From positions 45,434 through 109,433 of the forward strand of contig JAKITS010000001.1 in assembly GCA_021648085.1 (NCBI GenBank): a DNA stretch of 64,000 nucleotides, written 5' to 3'. Below are positions 40,976 through 51,167 of the stretch, piece after piece; positions within the stretch are counted from its first letter, which is position 1, and every line of letters starts with the position of its first letter. Made by a program: the position numbers and the translations under genes. This DNA comes from Candidatus Magasanikiibacteriota bacterium. Lineage in GTDB: Bacteria > Patescibacteriota > Patescibacteriia > Magasanikbacterales > UBA922. A model generated the notes under the pieces. That model ran no database searches, was not told the DNA's origin, and saw only the letters and a list, made by a program, of their open reading frames with translations.

Positions 40976-41340
40976 GCGTAAAAAAAATTTTTACAAGTTT
41001 TAGAAATGCTGGAAGGGGTATTATTTATGTTTTTAAAAATGAGCAAAATTTTAGAATTCAAATTATAGTATCTATTTTTATTCTAGCTTTACTTTTTATT
41101 TTTAAGATAAAGCGTACAGAGGTTATTGTGATTTTACTTCTGATAACATTAGTTTTAATTTTGGAAATTCTAAATAGTGCTGTAGAGAAGTTTGCAGATA
41201 TTGTAAAACCACGTTTGCACGAGCAGGTAAAAATAGTAAAAGATATATTAGCCGCAATGGTATTATTTTCTGCGGTCAGTTCTGGAATAATTGGGTTTAT
41301 AATTTTTTTACCGTATGTTTTGGATTTCTGGATAAATTAG
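40972..41340 (+). CDS. dgkA: Diacylglycerol/undecaprenol kinase family
   Basis: EQNFRIQ, EILNSAVE, KDILAAMV; follows ybeY. Confidence 0.92.
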   Translation: MSVKKIFTSFRNAGRGIIYVFKNEQNFRIQIIVSIFILALLFIFKIKRTEVIVILLLITLVLILEILNSAVEKFADIVKPRLHEQVKIVKDILAAMVLFSAVSSGIIGFIIFLPYVLDFWIN

Positions 41341-41372
41341 TGATATAATAAATTGATTATATTGTCTTATAT

Positions 41373-42632
41373 ATGCGAAAGAATAGAAATAAAATAGAAC
41401 TGATCACAGGGTTGGATATAGGTTCTACAGCTATTAGAATAGCTGTAGCTCAGCAGATGACAAATAAGAATGGTGATCGTGAATTGCAGTTGGTGGGTGT
41501 AGTAGAGATTCCATCAGAAGGTGTACACAAAGGCACTGTCTCAAGTATAGAAGAGACAGTTTCTTCTATTTCAGATGTTTTGGAAAAAATAGAACGCCTT
41601 ATTGGTGTTCCTGTAACACATGCTTGGGTTGGTATGGCTGGATTTGATATTTTATCGCAAGATAGTGCTGGTGTTATAGCTGTTGCAAAGTCAGACGGTG
41701 AAATTTCCAGTGAGGATATTAGGAGAGCAATAGAAGCATCTCAAAACATGGTAATACCTGCAAACTATGAGTTATTACATGTATTACCGCGCAATTTTAC
41801 AGTAGACGGACAAACAGGTATAAAAGATCCTACAGGTATGACTGGAATAAGAATGGAAGTGAGTGCACAAATAATACATGGTGTTACCTCCCACATAAAT
41901 AATCTTAAAAGGGCTGTGTATAGGGCTGGCTTAGACATAGAAGATATTGTGCTTTCTGTTTTGGCAACCGGTGAAGTCGTTACCACGCAAAAACAAAAAG
42001 AACTCGGATCTATTGTTATAAATATAGGCGGAGCAACTACAAGTATAATTGTGTATGAAGGTGGCGACATACTTCATACAGCTGTAATCCCTATAGGTTC
42101 AGAGTATATTACAAATGACCTTGCTTTGGTTCTTAAAACTTCTATAGATGTTGCAGAAAAAGTAAAAATAGAATGGGGTAATTGTGTTCCTGAGTCTATA
42201 TCTGAATATGAAACTATAGATCTATTTAATCTTGGTAGTAAAGAGCACGAGGAGGTAACACTAAGGCTAATAGCAGAGATAGTCGGCACAAGAGTGAGTG
42301 AGATTTTAGAAAAAGTAGATCAGGAGCTTATGAAGATTGACAGGAGTGGACTACTCCCTGCTGGGGCAATTCTAACTGGAGGCGGTGCAAAAATAAACGG
42401 ATTGATAGAGCTCACAAAAGAAGAGCTAAGATTGCCTGCTACTTTGGGGTATCCAATAGGAATTCAAAGCGCACCAGAAGAGGCAAATGATTTGGCTTTT
42501 AGTACGGCGATTGGGTTGGTAAAGTGGGGTTCTGTTATACAGAACTCTGGGCTAAAAAGTAGTAATAAACTTATAGCACCTGTAAAAGTTTGGCAAGTAG
42601 TGAGGAAAATTTTTAATTCATTTATTCCTTAG
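41373..42632 (+). CDS. ftsA: Cell division protein FtsA
   Basis: GLDIGSTAI, INIGGATT, LTGGGAKI. Confidence 0.97.
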   Translation: MRKNRNKIELITGLDIGSTAIRIAVAQQMTNKNGDRELQLVGVVEIPSEGVHKGTVSSIEETVSSISDVLEKIERLIGVPVTHAWVGMAGFDILSQDSAGVIAVAKSDGEISSEDIRRAIEASQNMVIPANYELLHVLPRNFTVDGQTGIKDPTGMTGIRMEVSAQIIHGVTSHINNLKRAVYRAGLDIEDIVLSVLATGEVVTTQKQKELGSIVINIGGATTSIIVYEGGDILHTAVIPIGSEYITNDLALVLKTSIDVAEKVKIEWGNCVPESISEYETIDLFNLGSKEHEEVTLRLIAEIVGTRVSEILEKVDQELMKIDRSGLLPAGAILTGGGAKINGLIELTKEELRLPATLGYPIGIQSAPEEANDLAFSTAIGLVKWGSVIQNSGLKSSNKLIAPVKVWQVVRKIFNSFIP

Positions 42633-42654
42633 TTAGTTCACTTAGTAGAAATAC

Positions 42655-42704
42655 TAGTGTTTTTAAGAGTGTGTACTCTTAAAAACACTATTGTTTTTAT
42701 TTTT
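42655..42704 (+). terminator. Perfect 16-bp hairpin with T-rich tail between ftsA and ftsZ
   Basis: TAGTGTTTTTAAGAGT-GTGT-ACTCTTAAAAACACTA. Confidence 0.6.
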
Positions 42705-42791
42705 TAGTTAAAGTACTCTATATACAGAAGATAACATTATTTTGTTAGTGTTATCGTGTTAGGAAGTTTATTTAGAATAAAGAGAAGGATT

Positions 42792-44081
42792 ATGCCTCAA
42801 GTAAAACCAGATGTGGAAACATTCGCAAAAATAAAAGTTATAGGAGTTGGTGGAGCAGGTGGCTCCGCAATAGATAGAATGATAAAAGAGGGTATTCGTG
42901 GAGTTGAATTTATTGCAATGAATACTGATATTCAGGCATTGCATCACAATGGAGCAACTCATAAAATACATATCGGTAAGACTATTACAAGAGGTCTTGG
43001 CGCTGGAATGAATCCAGAAGTTGGGCGAAAAGCTGCTGAAGAATCACAAAAAGAAATTCAAGATCTTTTAAAAGGTTCTGATATGATTTTTGTTACCTGT
43101 GGTTTGGGTGGTGGAACAGGTTCTGGCGCAAGTCCTGTAATAGCAGGTTTGGCTCGTGAAACTGGAGCTTTGGTAGTGGCTGTTGTTACAAAACCTTTTG
43201 CTTTCGAAGGACCACAAAGAAGTGCAATTGCAGAAAAAGCGTATAGAGAGTTATCTGAAAGTGTTGATACAATCATTACAATTCCAAACGAGAGGGTCTT
43301 ACAAATAATTGAAAAAAATACATCTTTAGTGGATTCTTTTAGAAAAATAGACGATGTTTTGCGTCAAGGTGTGCAGGGAATTTCAGAATTAATTACTATT
43401 CCAGGTTTGGTAAATGTTGATTTTGCAGACATAGAATCTATTATGAAAGATCAGGGTTCTGCACTTATGGGTATAGGTGTTGGAAGTGGAGAGACAAGAC
43501 TTCTTGATGCTGCAAACTCTGCTATCTCTAGTCCTTTGTTGGAGTTATCAATTGACGGTGCAAGAGGTGTTTTGTTTACTGTGACAGGAAGTTCAAATCT
43601 TGGAATGCAAGAGGTTTCAGAGGCCGCAAACATAATAACAAACTCTGCTGATGATGGCTGTAAGGTTATTTTTGGAGCAGTAATAGACGAGGAAATGGGA
43701 GATGATGTTCGTGTTACGGTAATAGCTACAGGTTTTGAAGGTCCAAGACGGCGCGGTGAAAAAAAAGAAATTGAAAAACTTACATCTCCTTTAAAATCTG
43801 CAAAAACTTTTTACCCAACATCAATATTTAGAAAAAATAGAGAAGAAGAAAAAAAAGATGAAATTCAGCGTGAAAATTATACAAATAAAAAGGTAGATGA
43901 TAGCGTACTAAACTCTAGTTTTATGAGCAAGAGCCTGGATAAGGTAAGTGTTTTGAACAATTCCCAAAACCCATCTTTAGATGTAGAAGAAGAAAAGGGT
44001 GAAAAAACACCAAAAGTAAATTTTAGTGGTGCGGACGATTTGGAAATTCCCACATTTATTAGAAAAAAAATGGGAATGTAG
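42792..44081 (+). CDS. ftsZ: Cell division protein FtsZ
   Basis: GGGTGSG, NVDFAD, C-terminal LEIPTFIRK; start reassigned to MPQVK. Confidence 0.98.
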   Translation: MPQVKPDVETFAKIKVIGVGGAGGSAIDRMIKEGIRGVEFIAMNTDIQALHHNGATHKIHIGKTITRGLGAGMNPEVGRKAAEESQKEIQDLLKGSDMIFVTCGLGGGTGSGASPVIAGLARETGALVVAVVTKPFAFEGPQRSAIAEKAYRELSESVDTIITIPNERVLQIIEKNTSLVDSFRKIDDVLRQGVQGISELITIPGLVNVDFADIESIMKDQGSALMGIGVGSGETRLLDAANSAISSPLLELSIDGARGVLFTVTGSSNLGMQEVSEAANIITNSADDGCKVIFGAVIDEEMGDDVRVTVIATGFEGPRRRGEKKEIEKLTSPLKSAKTFYPTSIFRKNREEEKKDEIQRENYTNKKVDDSVLNSSFMSKSLDKVSVLNNSQNPSLDVEEEKGEKTPKVNFSGADDLEIPTFIRKKMGM

Positions 44082-44108
44082 TTTATTAAAGAGTTTTATA
44101 AATATTTT

Positions 44109-44576
44109 ATGCATTGTCCAGTCTGCTCTTCAAAAGAAACTAGGGTTGTAGATTCTAGAATTATACAAGATGGAATGGCTGTAAAAAGAAGGCGAGAGTG
44201 TGAGAAATGTTCCTATCGTTTTTCCACAAAAGAAGAGACAGAACTTCTAGATCTTGTTGTTATAAAAGGTGATGGAAAGAGAGAGGCATATTTGCGAAAT
44301 AAACTAGAAAAAGGTCTTTTAGTGTCTTTAAGTAAGCGTCCGTACACCCAAGAAAAATTGGATAGAATGGTCCATTCAATAGAAAGGTCAATACAAAAAA
44401 GAAAGAAAAGGGAGATATTAAGCAAAGACATTGGTGAGATTGTAATGAAACATTTGAAAAAATTTGATAAGGTTGCTTATGTTAGGTTTGCGTCTGTTTA
44501 TAGGTCATTTGAGGATGTAGAAGGTTTTCAGGATACTGTAAATGCACTTAGTCCAAAAAAAAGAAAAAGAAAATAA
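44109..44576 (+). CDS. nrdR: Transcriptional repressor NrdR
   Basis: MHCPVC..VVDSR..RRRECEKC; ATP cone; VAYVRFASVY. Confidence 0.97.
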   Translation: MHCPVCSSKETRVVDSRIIQDGMAVKRRRECEKCSYRFSTKEETELLDLVVIKGDGKREAYLRNKLEKGLLVSLSKRPYTQEKLDRMVHSIERSIQKRKKREILSKDIGEIVMKHLKKFDKVAYVRFASVYRSFEDVEGFQDTVNALSPKKRKRK

Positions 44577-44585
44577 TTTAAAACT

Positions 44586-44888
44586 ATGTCAAAGGAGAAG
44601 AAAAATATAAAAGGATTGTCTGTAAATTCAGACACAAAAAAACTTTTGGAAGCAAATTTGGAAATTTCCAAAAGAATTGAGATTCAAAATAAAAAACTTC
44701 TAAAAAAGTTTAAATGGATGTTAATAAGTAATTACATCCGCTTAGCGTTAATCGTAGTTCCTTTTATTTTGGCAGCAATTTTCCTTCCGGCGTATATAGC
44801 CAAATTTTTAGAAGATTACAATGCTATTATTTCTCAAACTTCTAATTTTCCAGATGTTTCCGAATTGTTAAAATATCTGAAACAGTAA
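44586..44888 (+). CDS. Small single-TM hypothetical protein
   Basis: LLEANLEISK..KLLK coiled coil plus TM, operon spacing. Confidence 0.7.
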   Translation: MSKEKKNIKGLSVNSDTKKLLEANLEISKRIEIQNKKLLKKFKWMLISNYIRLALIVVPFILAAIFLPAYIAKFLEDYNAIISQTSNFPDVSELLKYLKQ

Positions 44889-44893
44889 TTTTT

Positions 44894-46336
44894 ATGAACA
44901 AAAGAACGAAAATAGTTTGCACAATAGGTCCGGCATGTGAAAAGAAAAGTATTTTAAAAAAAATGGTAAAAGTTGGAATGAATGTTGCTAGATTAAATTT
45001 TTCTCACGGCACACACGAAAACCACAAGCAACTTATAAAAAATATAAGAGAAGTGGCTAAAAAAACTGGTGAGCCTATTGCTATTATACAAGATCTGCAA
45101 GGACCAAAGATAAGACTCGGTATTTTACCAAAAGAAGGTGTTGAAATTAAAAAAGGTCAAGAGGTTATTTTTGATACATCTATAAAAGAGTATAAAAATA
45201 AAGTAGTACCAATTACTTATAAAGATTTGCACAAACATTTAAAAAAAGGTGAAAGAATTTTACTAGCAGATGGTAAGATAGAGGTAAAAATAATGCAGGT
45301 TGTTAAAACAAAAATAAAGACTAAAGTTGTAGTAAGTGGTATAATAAGTTCAAACAAAGGTTTGAATGTTCCAGACTCAAAATTAAAAATTTCTGCACTT
45401 ACAAAAAAAGATAAAGAGGATGCTTTGTTTGGAGTGGAGAATAATGTAGATTATATAGCACTTTCTTTTGTGACAGAGGCAAAAGACATAATAGATTTAA
45501 GATTTTTAATTAAAGAATACGAAAAAAAATTAAAAATTAAAAATGATAATGATATTCGTATTATTGCAAAAATAGAAAGACATGAGGCTGTTGATAATAT
45601 AGAAGAGATAATGGAGGTTGTGGATGGTATTATGGTTGCAAGAGGAGATCTTGGAATGGAAATTCCAGCGGAGCGAGTACCTCTGGTACAAAAAAAATTG
45701 ATAGACATTTCACTTAAATACTCTAAGCCTGTTATCGTTGCAACTCAGATGCTGGATTCTATGCAGGATAATCCAAGACCAACAAGAGCAGAGGTTTCAG
45801 ATGTGGCAAATGCTGTAATAGATCACACAGACGCTGTAATGCTTTCAAATGAAACAGCAACGGGAAAATACCCAGTCCACACTGTAAGGGTTATGTCTAA
45901 AATAATAAGCGAAACAGAAGCTTCAGATTATGATACTTTGGGTATGGCGATGCGTTCAATAAAAAAACATGGAAATGTGGATGAGATTATAACAAAACTT
46001 TCTAGGGTTATAGCAGAAGATACAGACAGTAAGTTAATTTTGGCGGCTTCAATTTCTGGTGATACAGGTAGGCTTATAAGTAAGTATAGGCCAGAATTAC
46101 CAATAGCTGTAGGATCAAGCTCTAAAAGAGTGAGGCGTCAGTTAAATTTGTCGTGGGGTGTTTTACCTTTTATTTTGTTAGAATGTTCTTCTATAGAAGA
46201 GTTGGTAGAGCGCTCAGTATCCTATCTAAAGAAAAATAAAATAATCAAAAAAAGAGATAAAATTGTTGTTGTAGCAGGAGAACCTGTAGGGAAGGCTGGA
46301 AACATAAATTTATTAGAATTAAAAGAAATTAAATAA
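44894..46336 (+). CDS. pyk: Pyruvate kinase
   Basis: RTKIVCTIGPA, RLNFSHG, IIAKIE, MVARGDLG, ATQMLDSM. Confidence 0.98.
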   Translation: MNKRTKIVCTIGPACEKKSILKKMVKVGMNVARLNFSHGTHENHKQLIKNIREVAKKTGEPIAIIQDLQGPKIRLGILPKEGVEIKKGQEVIFDTSIKEYKNKVVPITYKDLHKHLKKGERILLADGKIEVKIMQVVKTKIKTKVVVSGIISSNKGLNVPDSKLKISALTKKDKEDALFGVENNVDYIALSFVTEAKDIIDLRFLIKEYEKKLKIKNDNDIRIIAKIERHEAVDNIEEIMEVVDGIMVARGDLGMEIPAERVPLVQKKLIDISLKYSKPVIVATQMLDSMQDNPRPTRAEVSDVANAVIDHTDAVMLSNETATGKYPVHTVRVMSKIISETEASDYDTLGMAMRSIKKHGNVDEIITKLSRVIAEDTDSKLILAASISGDTGRLISKYRPELPIAVGSSSKRVRRQLNLSWGVLPFILLECSSIEELVERSVSYLKKNKIIKKRDKIVVVAGEPVGKAGNINLLELKEIK

Positions 46337-46342
46337 TTTTGT

Positions 46343-49300
46343 ATGACACCTAAACTAGGTAAAAAACAAAAAAACATACTTTGGTTCAATGAGATTCGTA
46401 TAGGCGATATCCCTTTGGTTGGTGGAAAAAACGCATCACTAGGGGAGATGTATAATAGTTTAGAAAAAAAAGGTGTGAGTATTCCTTATGGTTTTGCCTT
46501 AACATCAAAAGCTTACAGAACAATTTTAAAAGAAAACAATTTAGATAAAGAATTTAAAAATATTTTTAAAACTTTAAACATAAAAGATGTAAAAAAATTG
46601 AATGAAACAGGTAGAAAGGTGCGATCAATGTTAATGAAGGCAAAAATTCCAAAAGATATTAAGCAGGAGATTTTACTGGCTTACAAAAAATTGAATAAAT
46701 ATGCAAAAAGTAAGAATGTAGCTGTAGCTGTAAGGTCTAGTGCCACTGCAGAAGATTTGCCAGATGCAAGTTTTGCTGGTCAGCAAGAAACCTATTTAAA
46801 CATAAGAGGTGAAAAAGATGTTTTGAATGCTGTGAGAAAGTGTATAACTTCTTTGTTTACAAATAGGGCTATTTCTTATCGTGAGACAAAAGGTTTCGAT
46901 CATTTAAGTATTTCTTTGTCTGTCTCAATACAAATAATGGTAAATTCTTCAGATGGTGCAAGTGGAGTTATGTTTACTTTGGATACAGAATCTGGTTTTG
47001 ACAAGGTTGTGCTGTTAAATGCATCTTATGGTTTGGGTGAGTATATTGTAAAAGGTAGGGTAAATCCAGACAGGTATTATATTTTTAAAGATGGTATAAA
47101 AAAAGGTAAAAAATCAATAATAGAGCGAAATTTGGGGAGTAAAGAGGTTCGTTTGGTTTATAAGAATGGTTCTGGCACAAAACAAAAAAAGGTTTCAAAA
47201 ACACAAAAATCTAAATATGCAATTTCAGATGAAGATGTTGTAAAGCTTACAAAATGGGCAATGATTATAGAGGATTTTTATAAAAAACCTCAAGACATAG
47301 AGTGGGCAAAAGATGGTAATACCGGAGAATTATATATAGTTCAAGCTAGGCCAGAGACTGTAAAAACAAGAGAAAATAAAAATGTTGTTGAAGATTATAA
47401 GTTAAAAAATAAAGGTAATGTAATTTTGACTGGTGTTGCGATTGGTCAAAAAATAGGTGTTGGAAAGGTTCGAGTAATAAGCAGTCCAAAAGAAATCCAC
47501 AAATTCAAAGAAGGTGAGGTTTTAGTTACAAGAATTACAGATCCAGATTGGGAGCCTATTATGAGAATTGCGTCTGCAATTATTACAGAGCAAGGAGGAA
47601 AGACAAGTCATGCAGCTATAGTGTCAAGAGAAATGGGTGTGCCATGTATTGTGGGCGCTACAAATGCGAGAAAAAAATTAAAAACCGGAAGTAAAGTGAC
47701 TGTTAGTTGTGTGGATGGAGATAAAGGACAAATATACAAAGGTATTCTTTCTTTTGAGGTAAAAAAGACAAAAATAGATAAAATTCCAAAAACAAAAACA
47801 AAAGTAATGTTGAATGTGGGAGATCCTACCAATGCATTTGCTTTATCTTTTTTACCAAACGATGGTGTTGGGCTTGCTCGCGAAGAGTTTATTATAGCGA
47901 GTACTATTAAAATCCACCCACTTGCACTACTAAATTTCAATAAATTAAAAGATAAAAAAGCAAAAAAGATAATAGAAGATATAACTGTTGGATATAAAAA
48001 TAAAGCAGATTATTTTGTGGATAAACTTGCAGAAGGTGTCGCAAAAATTGCTGTCTCTAGTTATGACAACGATGTAATACTCAGACTTAGTGATTTCAAA
48101 AGTAATGAATATTCTTCTTTAATAGGTGGTGCAGAATTTGAGCCAGAAGAAGAAAACCCAATGATTGGTTGGCGTGGTGCTAGTAGGTATTACTCCAAAG
48201 AATATAAAAAAGCTTTTCGTTTGGAATGTGAAGCTATAAAAAGAGTTAGAAATGAGTGGGGGCTTACAAATGTGATAGTTATGGTTCCTTTTTGTAGAAC
48301 CCCAGAAGAAGGTGAGAAAGTTATAAAAACAATGGCAGAATTTGGCTTGAAACAAGGGGAAAATGGTTTGCAGGTTTATGTAATGTGCGAAATTCCATCA
48401 AATGTAATTTTAGCGGAAGAGTTCGCTAAAATTTTCGACGGATTTAGTATTGGAACAAACGATCTTACACAGCTTACACTTGGTGTGAGTAGAGATTCAG
48501 CACTTTTGAGTGATATTTACGATGAAAATAATAAGGCTGTAAAATCTCTAATTCGTTCAGTAATAAAAATTGCACATAAAAATAAAAAGAAAATAGGAAT
48601 TTGTGGTCAAGCTCCTAGTGATTATCCAAAATTCGCAGATTTTCTTGTTAGAGAAGGGGTAGATAGTATTTCACTAAACCCAGATACTGTTTTGCAAACA
48701 AAAAAGAGAATTGCAAGTTTGGAAAGGACACTTGGAAAAACAGGAAAGAAAACAAATAAAAAATATCTAAGTTTTATAGGAATGTTTGGTTTGGTTGCAA
48801 GTTTGCTTGTTGGGGTAGGTGCTGGGTGTGATAGTATTAGAAATACAGATGGTTTTACTTTTGAGACCAGTAATAATGATATTACTCCAGCTCAAATTCG
48901 TGAAAAAACAGAAGAGCAACTTACAAAAAGATTTGAAGAGGAAAATTCTGCAAAACGAGTGGTTTTGGAAGAGGGTGGTTTTGCTAATTTTACACTTTCT
49001 TATCCTGTAGGTTGGAAGGTGGAACACTGGAGTGGTGGTTTGACTATAAAAGATATAGAAAATGATGAGTATATAAGTATTTTTACTCAGCTTGTGTCTC
49101 ACCCGGTGGAAGATCTAAAAAAGGAGGATATAAAAGTTGGAAAGTTGGATGCTAAAAAATACCAAGAGGTTTTTTACAATACTACAAACACACTTTTTAT
49201 AGTTGAAGTGGAGACTGCAGATGGGGATATTTTGGAGATAAACGGAACTACAAAACTTTTTGATGAAATCTTAAAATCTATGTCTTTTGTGAGTGAAAGT

Positions 49301-49465
49301 ACTCTGCCAGACAACGACACAAGTCATTGGGATGTGCGTGAGAAGCGAATTTGTATACAAATGGTTACATACGCAAGAGAAAGTGGCGGGGATAGTTGTG
49401 AATTTTTTCCAACGCCCTGTAGTGTTCCGGGCGACTGGGAAGTCTGCGATGCAGGAGACTTATAG
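46343..49465 (+). CDS. ppsA: Phosphoenolpyruvate synthase with C-terminal membrane anchor and extracytoplasmic extension
   Basis: VGGKNASLGEM, RSSATAEDLPDASFAGQQET, TSHAAIVSRE, FSIGTNDLTQ; ~240 extra aa after ~48725. Confidence 0.95.
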   Translation: MTPKLGKKQKNILWFNEIRIGDIPLVGGKNASLGEMYNSLEKKGVSIPYGFALTSKAYRTILKENNLDKEFKNIFKTLNIKDVKKLNETGRKVRSMLMKAKIPKDIKQEILLAYKKLNKYAKSKNVAVAVRSSATAEDLPDASFAGQQETYLNIRGEKDVLNAVRKCITSLFTNRAISYRETKGFDHLSISLSVSIQIMVNSSDGASGVMFTLDTESGFDKVVLLNASYGLGEYIVKGRVNPDRYYIFKDGIKKGKKSIIERNLGSKEVRLVYKNGSGTKQKKVSKTQKSKYAISDEDVVKLTKWAMIIEDFYKKPQDIEWAKDGNTGELYIVQARPETVKTRENKNVVEDYKLKNKGNVILTGVAIGQKIGVGKVRVISSPKEIHKFKEGEVLVTRITDPDWEPIMRIASAIITEQGGKTSHAAIVSREMGVPCIVGATNARKKLKTGSKVTVSCVDGDKGQIYKGILSFEVKKTKIDKIPKTKTKVMLNVGDPTNAFALSFLPNDGVGLAREEFIIASTIKIHPLALLNFNKLKDKKAKKIIEDITVGYKNKADYFVDKLAEGVAKIAVSSYDNDVILRLSDFKSNEYSSLIGGAEFEPEEENPMIGWRGASRYYSKEYKKAFRLECEAIKRVRNEWGLTNVIVMVPFCRTPEEGEKVIKTMAEFGLKQGENGLQVYVMCEIPSNVILAEEFAKIFDGFSIGTNDLTQLTLGVSRDSALLSDIYDENNKAVKSLIRSVIKIAHKNKKKIGICGQAPSDYPKFADFLVREGVDSISLNPDTVLQTKKRIASLERTLGKTGKKTNKKYLSFIGMFGLVASLLVGVGAGCDSIRNTDGFTFETSNNDITPAQIREKTEEQLTKRFEEENSAKRVVLEEGGFANFTLSYPVGWKVEHWSGGLTIKDIENDEYISIFTQLVSHPVEDLKKEDIKVGKLDAKKYQEVFYNTTNTLFIVEVETADGDILEINGTTKLFDEILKSMSFVSESTLPDNDTSHWDVREKRICIQMVTYARESGGDSCEFFPTPCSVPGDWEVCDAGDL

Positions 49466-49485
49466 TAAAAATAAAAACCACCAGT

Positions 49486-50412
49486 CTATTGGTGGTTTTT
49501 GGTTCTAACAATTCGTAAAACTGGGGTTAAAACTATTCTGCAGTTTGGAAGTTTTTGTTTTAATTCTAGAATACCATTTCTACTAAGTGGGTTTTCAGAA
49601 ACATCTAAACATTCAAGATATTTCATTTTTGAAATAGTATCTATAATCGCATCACTAAATTTATTTTTTCTAATGCCTAACTGTTTAAGTTTTGACAAAG
49701 ATAGTAAACTAATTAAACCTCTAAAAGTAATTTGATTTTCTGACAAATCCAAGAAAAATAATTCTGATAACTCTCTAATTTTTTCTAAAGCTTTGTCGTT
49801 TATTAAATTATTTCTCAAATCCAAATTATTTAAAGAAGTTTGTCTTAAAATGCACTTAATTCCATAGATGCTTAAATCACAGTTTGGCGCAGAAAGCTCT
49901 CTTAAATTTGGTAAAGGAATATTACTATTTAACATTAAAAAGAAGCTTTTTGTCTTTCCATTTTGATTTACAAAAAACAGCTTGCTAATTCTATGGAATA
50001 ATTGTTCTTTTAGTGATCTAATAATATAAGATGCACCTTCAGATCTTAGTCGAATCCAAATTTTGTAAGAATCTTTTGTGTATGTGGAAGAATTTGGACA
50101 TACTACCAATTCACCTGTTTTAATCATTTCTTCAAGGTCTTCTATTATTTTTTCATCTAAAAACAAATAAGAAAACAAATACTGTGTCATTTCTTTTGGA
50201 TAGTGGAAACCTAAAACTTCACACAAATGCATAGATTCTTTAGTCATTCCTCTTTTTTGGAGAAAATTTAAGAAAAAATTTAAAACTTTATGGTCAAATC
50301 TATGATGAAAAGTCCTAAATAAATTTTTGTGAGATAATAGTAATATGGGATTTGGATATTTTTTGGCCAATTCTTTTGAAAATAAACTAAGCATTTTTTC
50401 TATATTCTTCAC
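49486..50412 (-). CDS. Leucine-rich repeat protein
   Basis: LNNLDLRNNLI, LDLSENQIT, LDVSENPLS, LKQKLPNCRI cap. Confidence 0.85.
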   Translation of the reverse strand: MKNIEKMLSLFSKELAKKYPNPILLLSHKNLFRTFHHRFDHKVLNFFLNFLQKRGMTKESMHLCEVLGFHYPKEMTQYLFSYLFLDEKIIEDLEEMIKTGELVVCPNSSTYTKDSYKIWIRLRSEGASYIIRSLKEQLFHRISKLFFVNQNGKTKSFFLMLNSNIPLPNLRELSAPNCDLSIYGIKCILRQTSLNNLDLRNNLINDKALEKIRELSELFFLDLSENQITFRGLISLLSLSKLKQLGIRKNKFSDAIIDTISKMKYLECLDVSENPLSRNGILELKQKLPNCRIVLTPVLRIVRTKNHQ

Positions 50413-50542
50413 TTTTTTCTCCTATTTTTTTATACTATTTTTGAGTTTGGTTCAAAAGTAGTATTATTGTAAAGAACTTACCTATTCATAATAGCAGAGA
50501 AAATGATCATATTACAATAAAATATGTATCTTAACTTGAAAA

Positions 50543-50577
50543 TGAAAGAAAAGTATGGTTTAATGCGTATTAATAAG
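50543..50577 (+). promoter_or_regulatory. ECF sigma promoter, autoregulatory copy
   Basis: TGAAAG-17 bp-CGTA, repeated at 51864-51890. Confidence 0.75.
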
Positions 50578-50594
50578 TGTAAAAATAACTGTTT

Positions 50595-51167
50595 ATGCAG
50601 GATTTTTGTAAAAATAAAACAGACGAAGAATTGGTAAAATTATCCCTGCAAAAACAGGACTATTTTTTGTGTCTAATGGAAAAGTACGAGGGCAGGTTGA
50701 TTTCTTATGTTATGCGTATTTCTAGTTTTAACAGAGAGGATGCTGAAGATGTTTTACAAGAAGTTTTTGTAAAAGCTTATTTTAATTTGAATAATTTTGA
50801 TACAAAACTAAAATTTTCATCTTGGATTTATAGAATTACCCACAATCAAACTATTAGTCAGTTTAGAAAAAACAAGGTGCGTCCTTTATTTTATTTTGAA
50901 GAAAATGATCTAATTTTACTTATTGATAAATTTAATTTATCAAAAGAAGTGGACGATGGTTTTTTGAAGGAAAAAGTTTTAGAAGTTTTACAAAAAATGG
51001 ATAAGAAGTATAGTGAAGTTTTGGTTCTTAAATTTTTAGAGGATAAAGATTATAAGGAAATTTCAGATATTTTGAAAAAACCAACAGGAACTGTTGGAAC
51101 TTTAATAAATAGGGCAAAAACTAAATTTAAAAATGAATTTTTAAAATATGAAGGAAAATCTCAGTAA
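50595..51167 (+). CDS. ECF sigma factor (SigW/RpoE-like)
   Basis: DAEDVLQEVFVKAY, FSSWIYRITHN, YKEISDIL..GTVGTLINRAK. Confidence 0.93.
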   Translation: MQDFCKNKTDEELVKLSLQKQDYFLCLMEKYEGRLISYVMRISSFNREDAEDVLQEVFVKAYFNLNNFDTKLKFSSWIYRITHNQTISQFRKNKVRPLFYFEENDLILLIDKFNLSKEVDDGFLKEKVLEVLQKMDKKYSEVLVLKFLEDKDYKEISDILKKPTGTVGTLINRAKTKFKNEFLKYEGKSQ

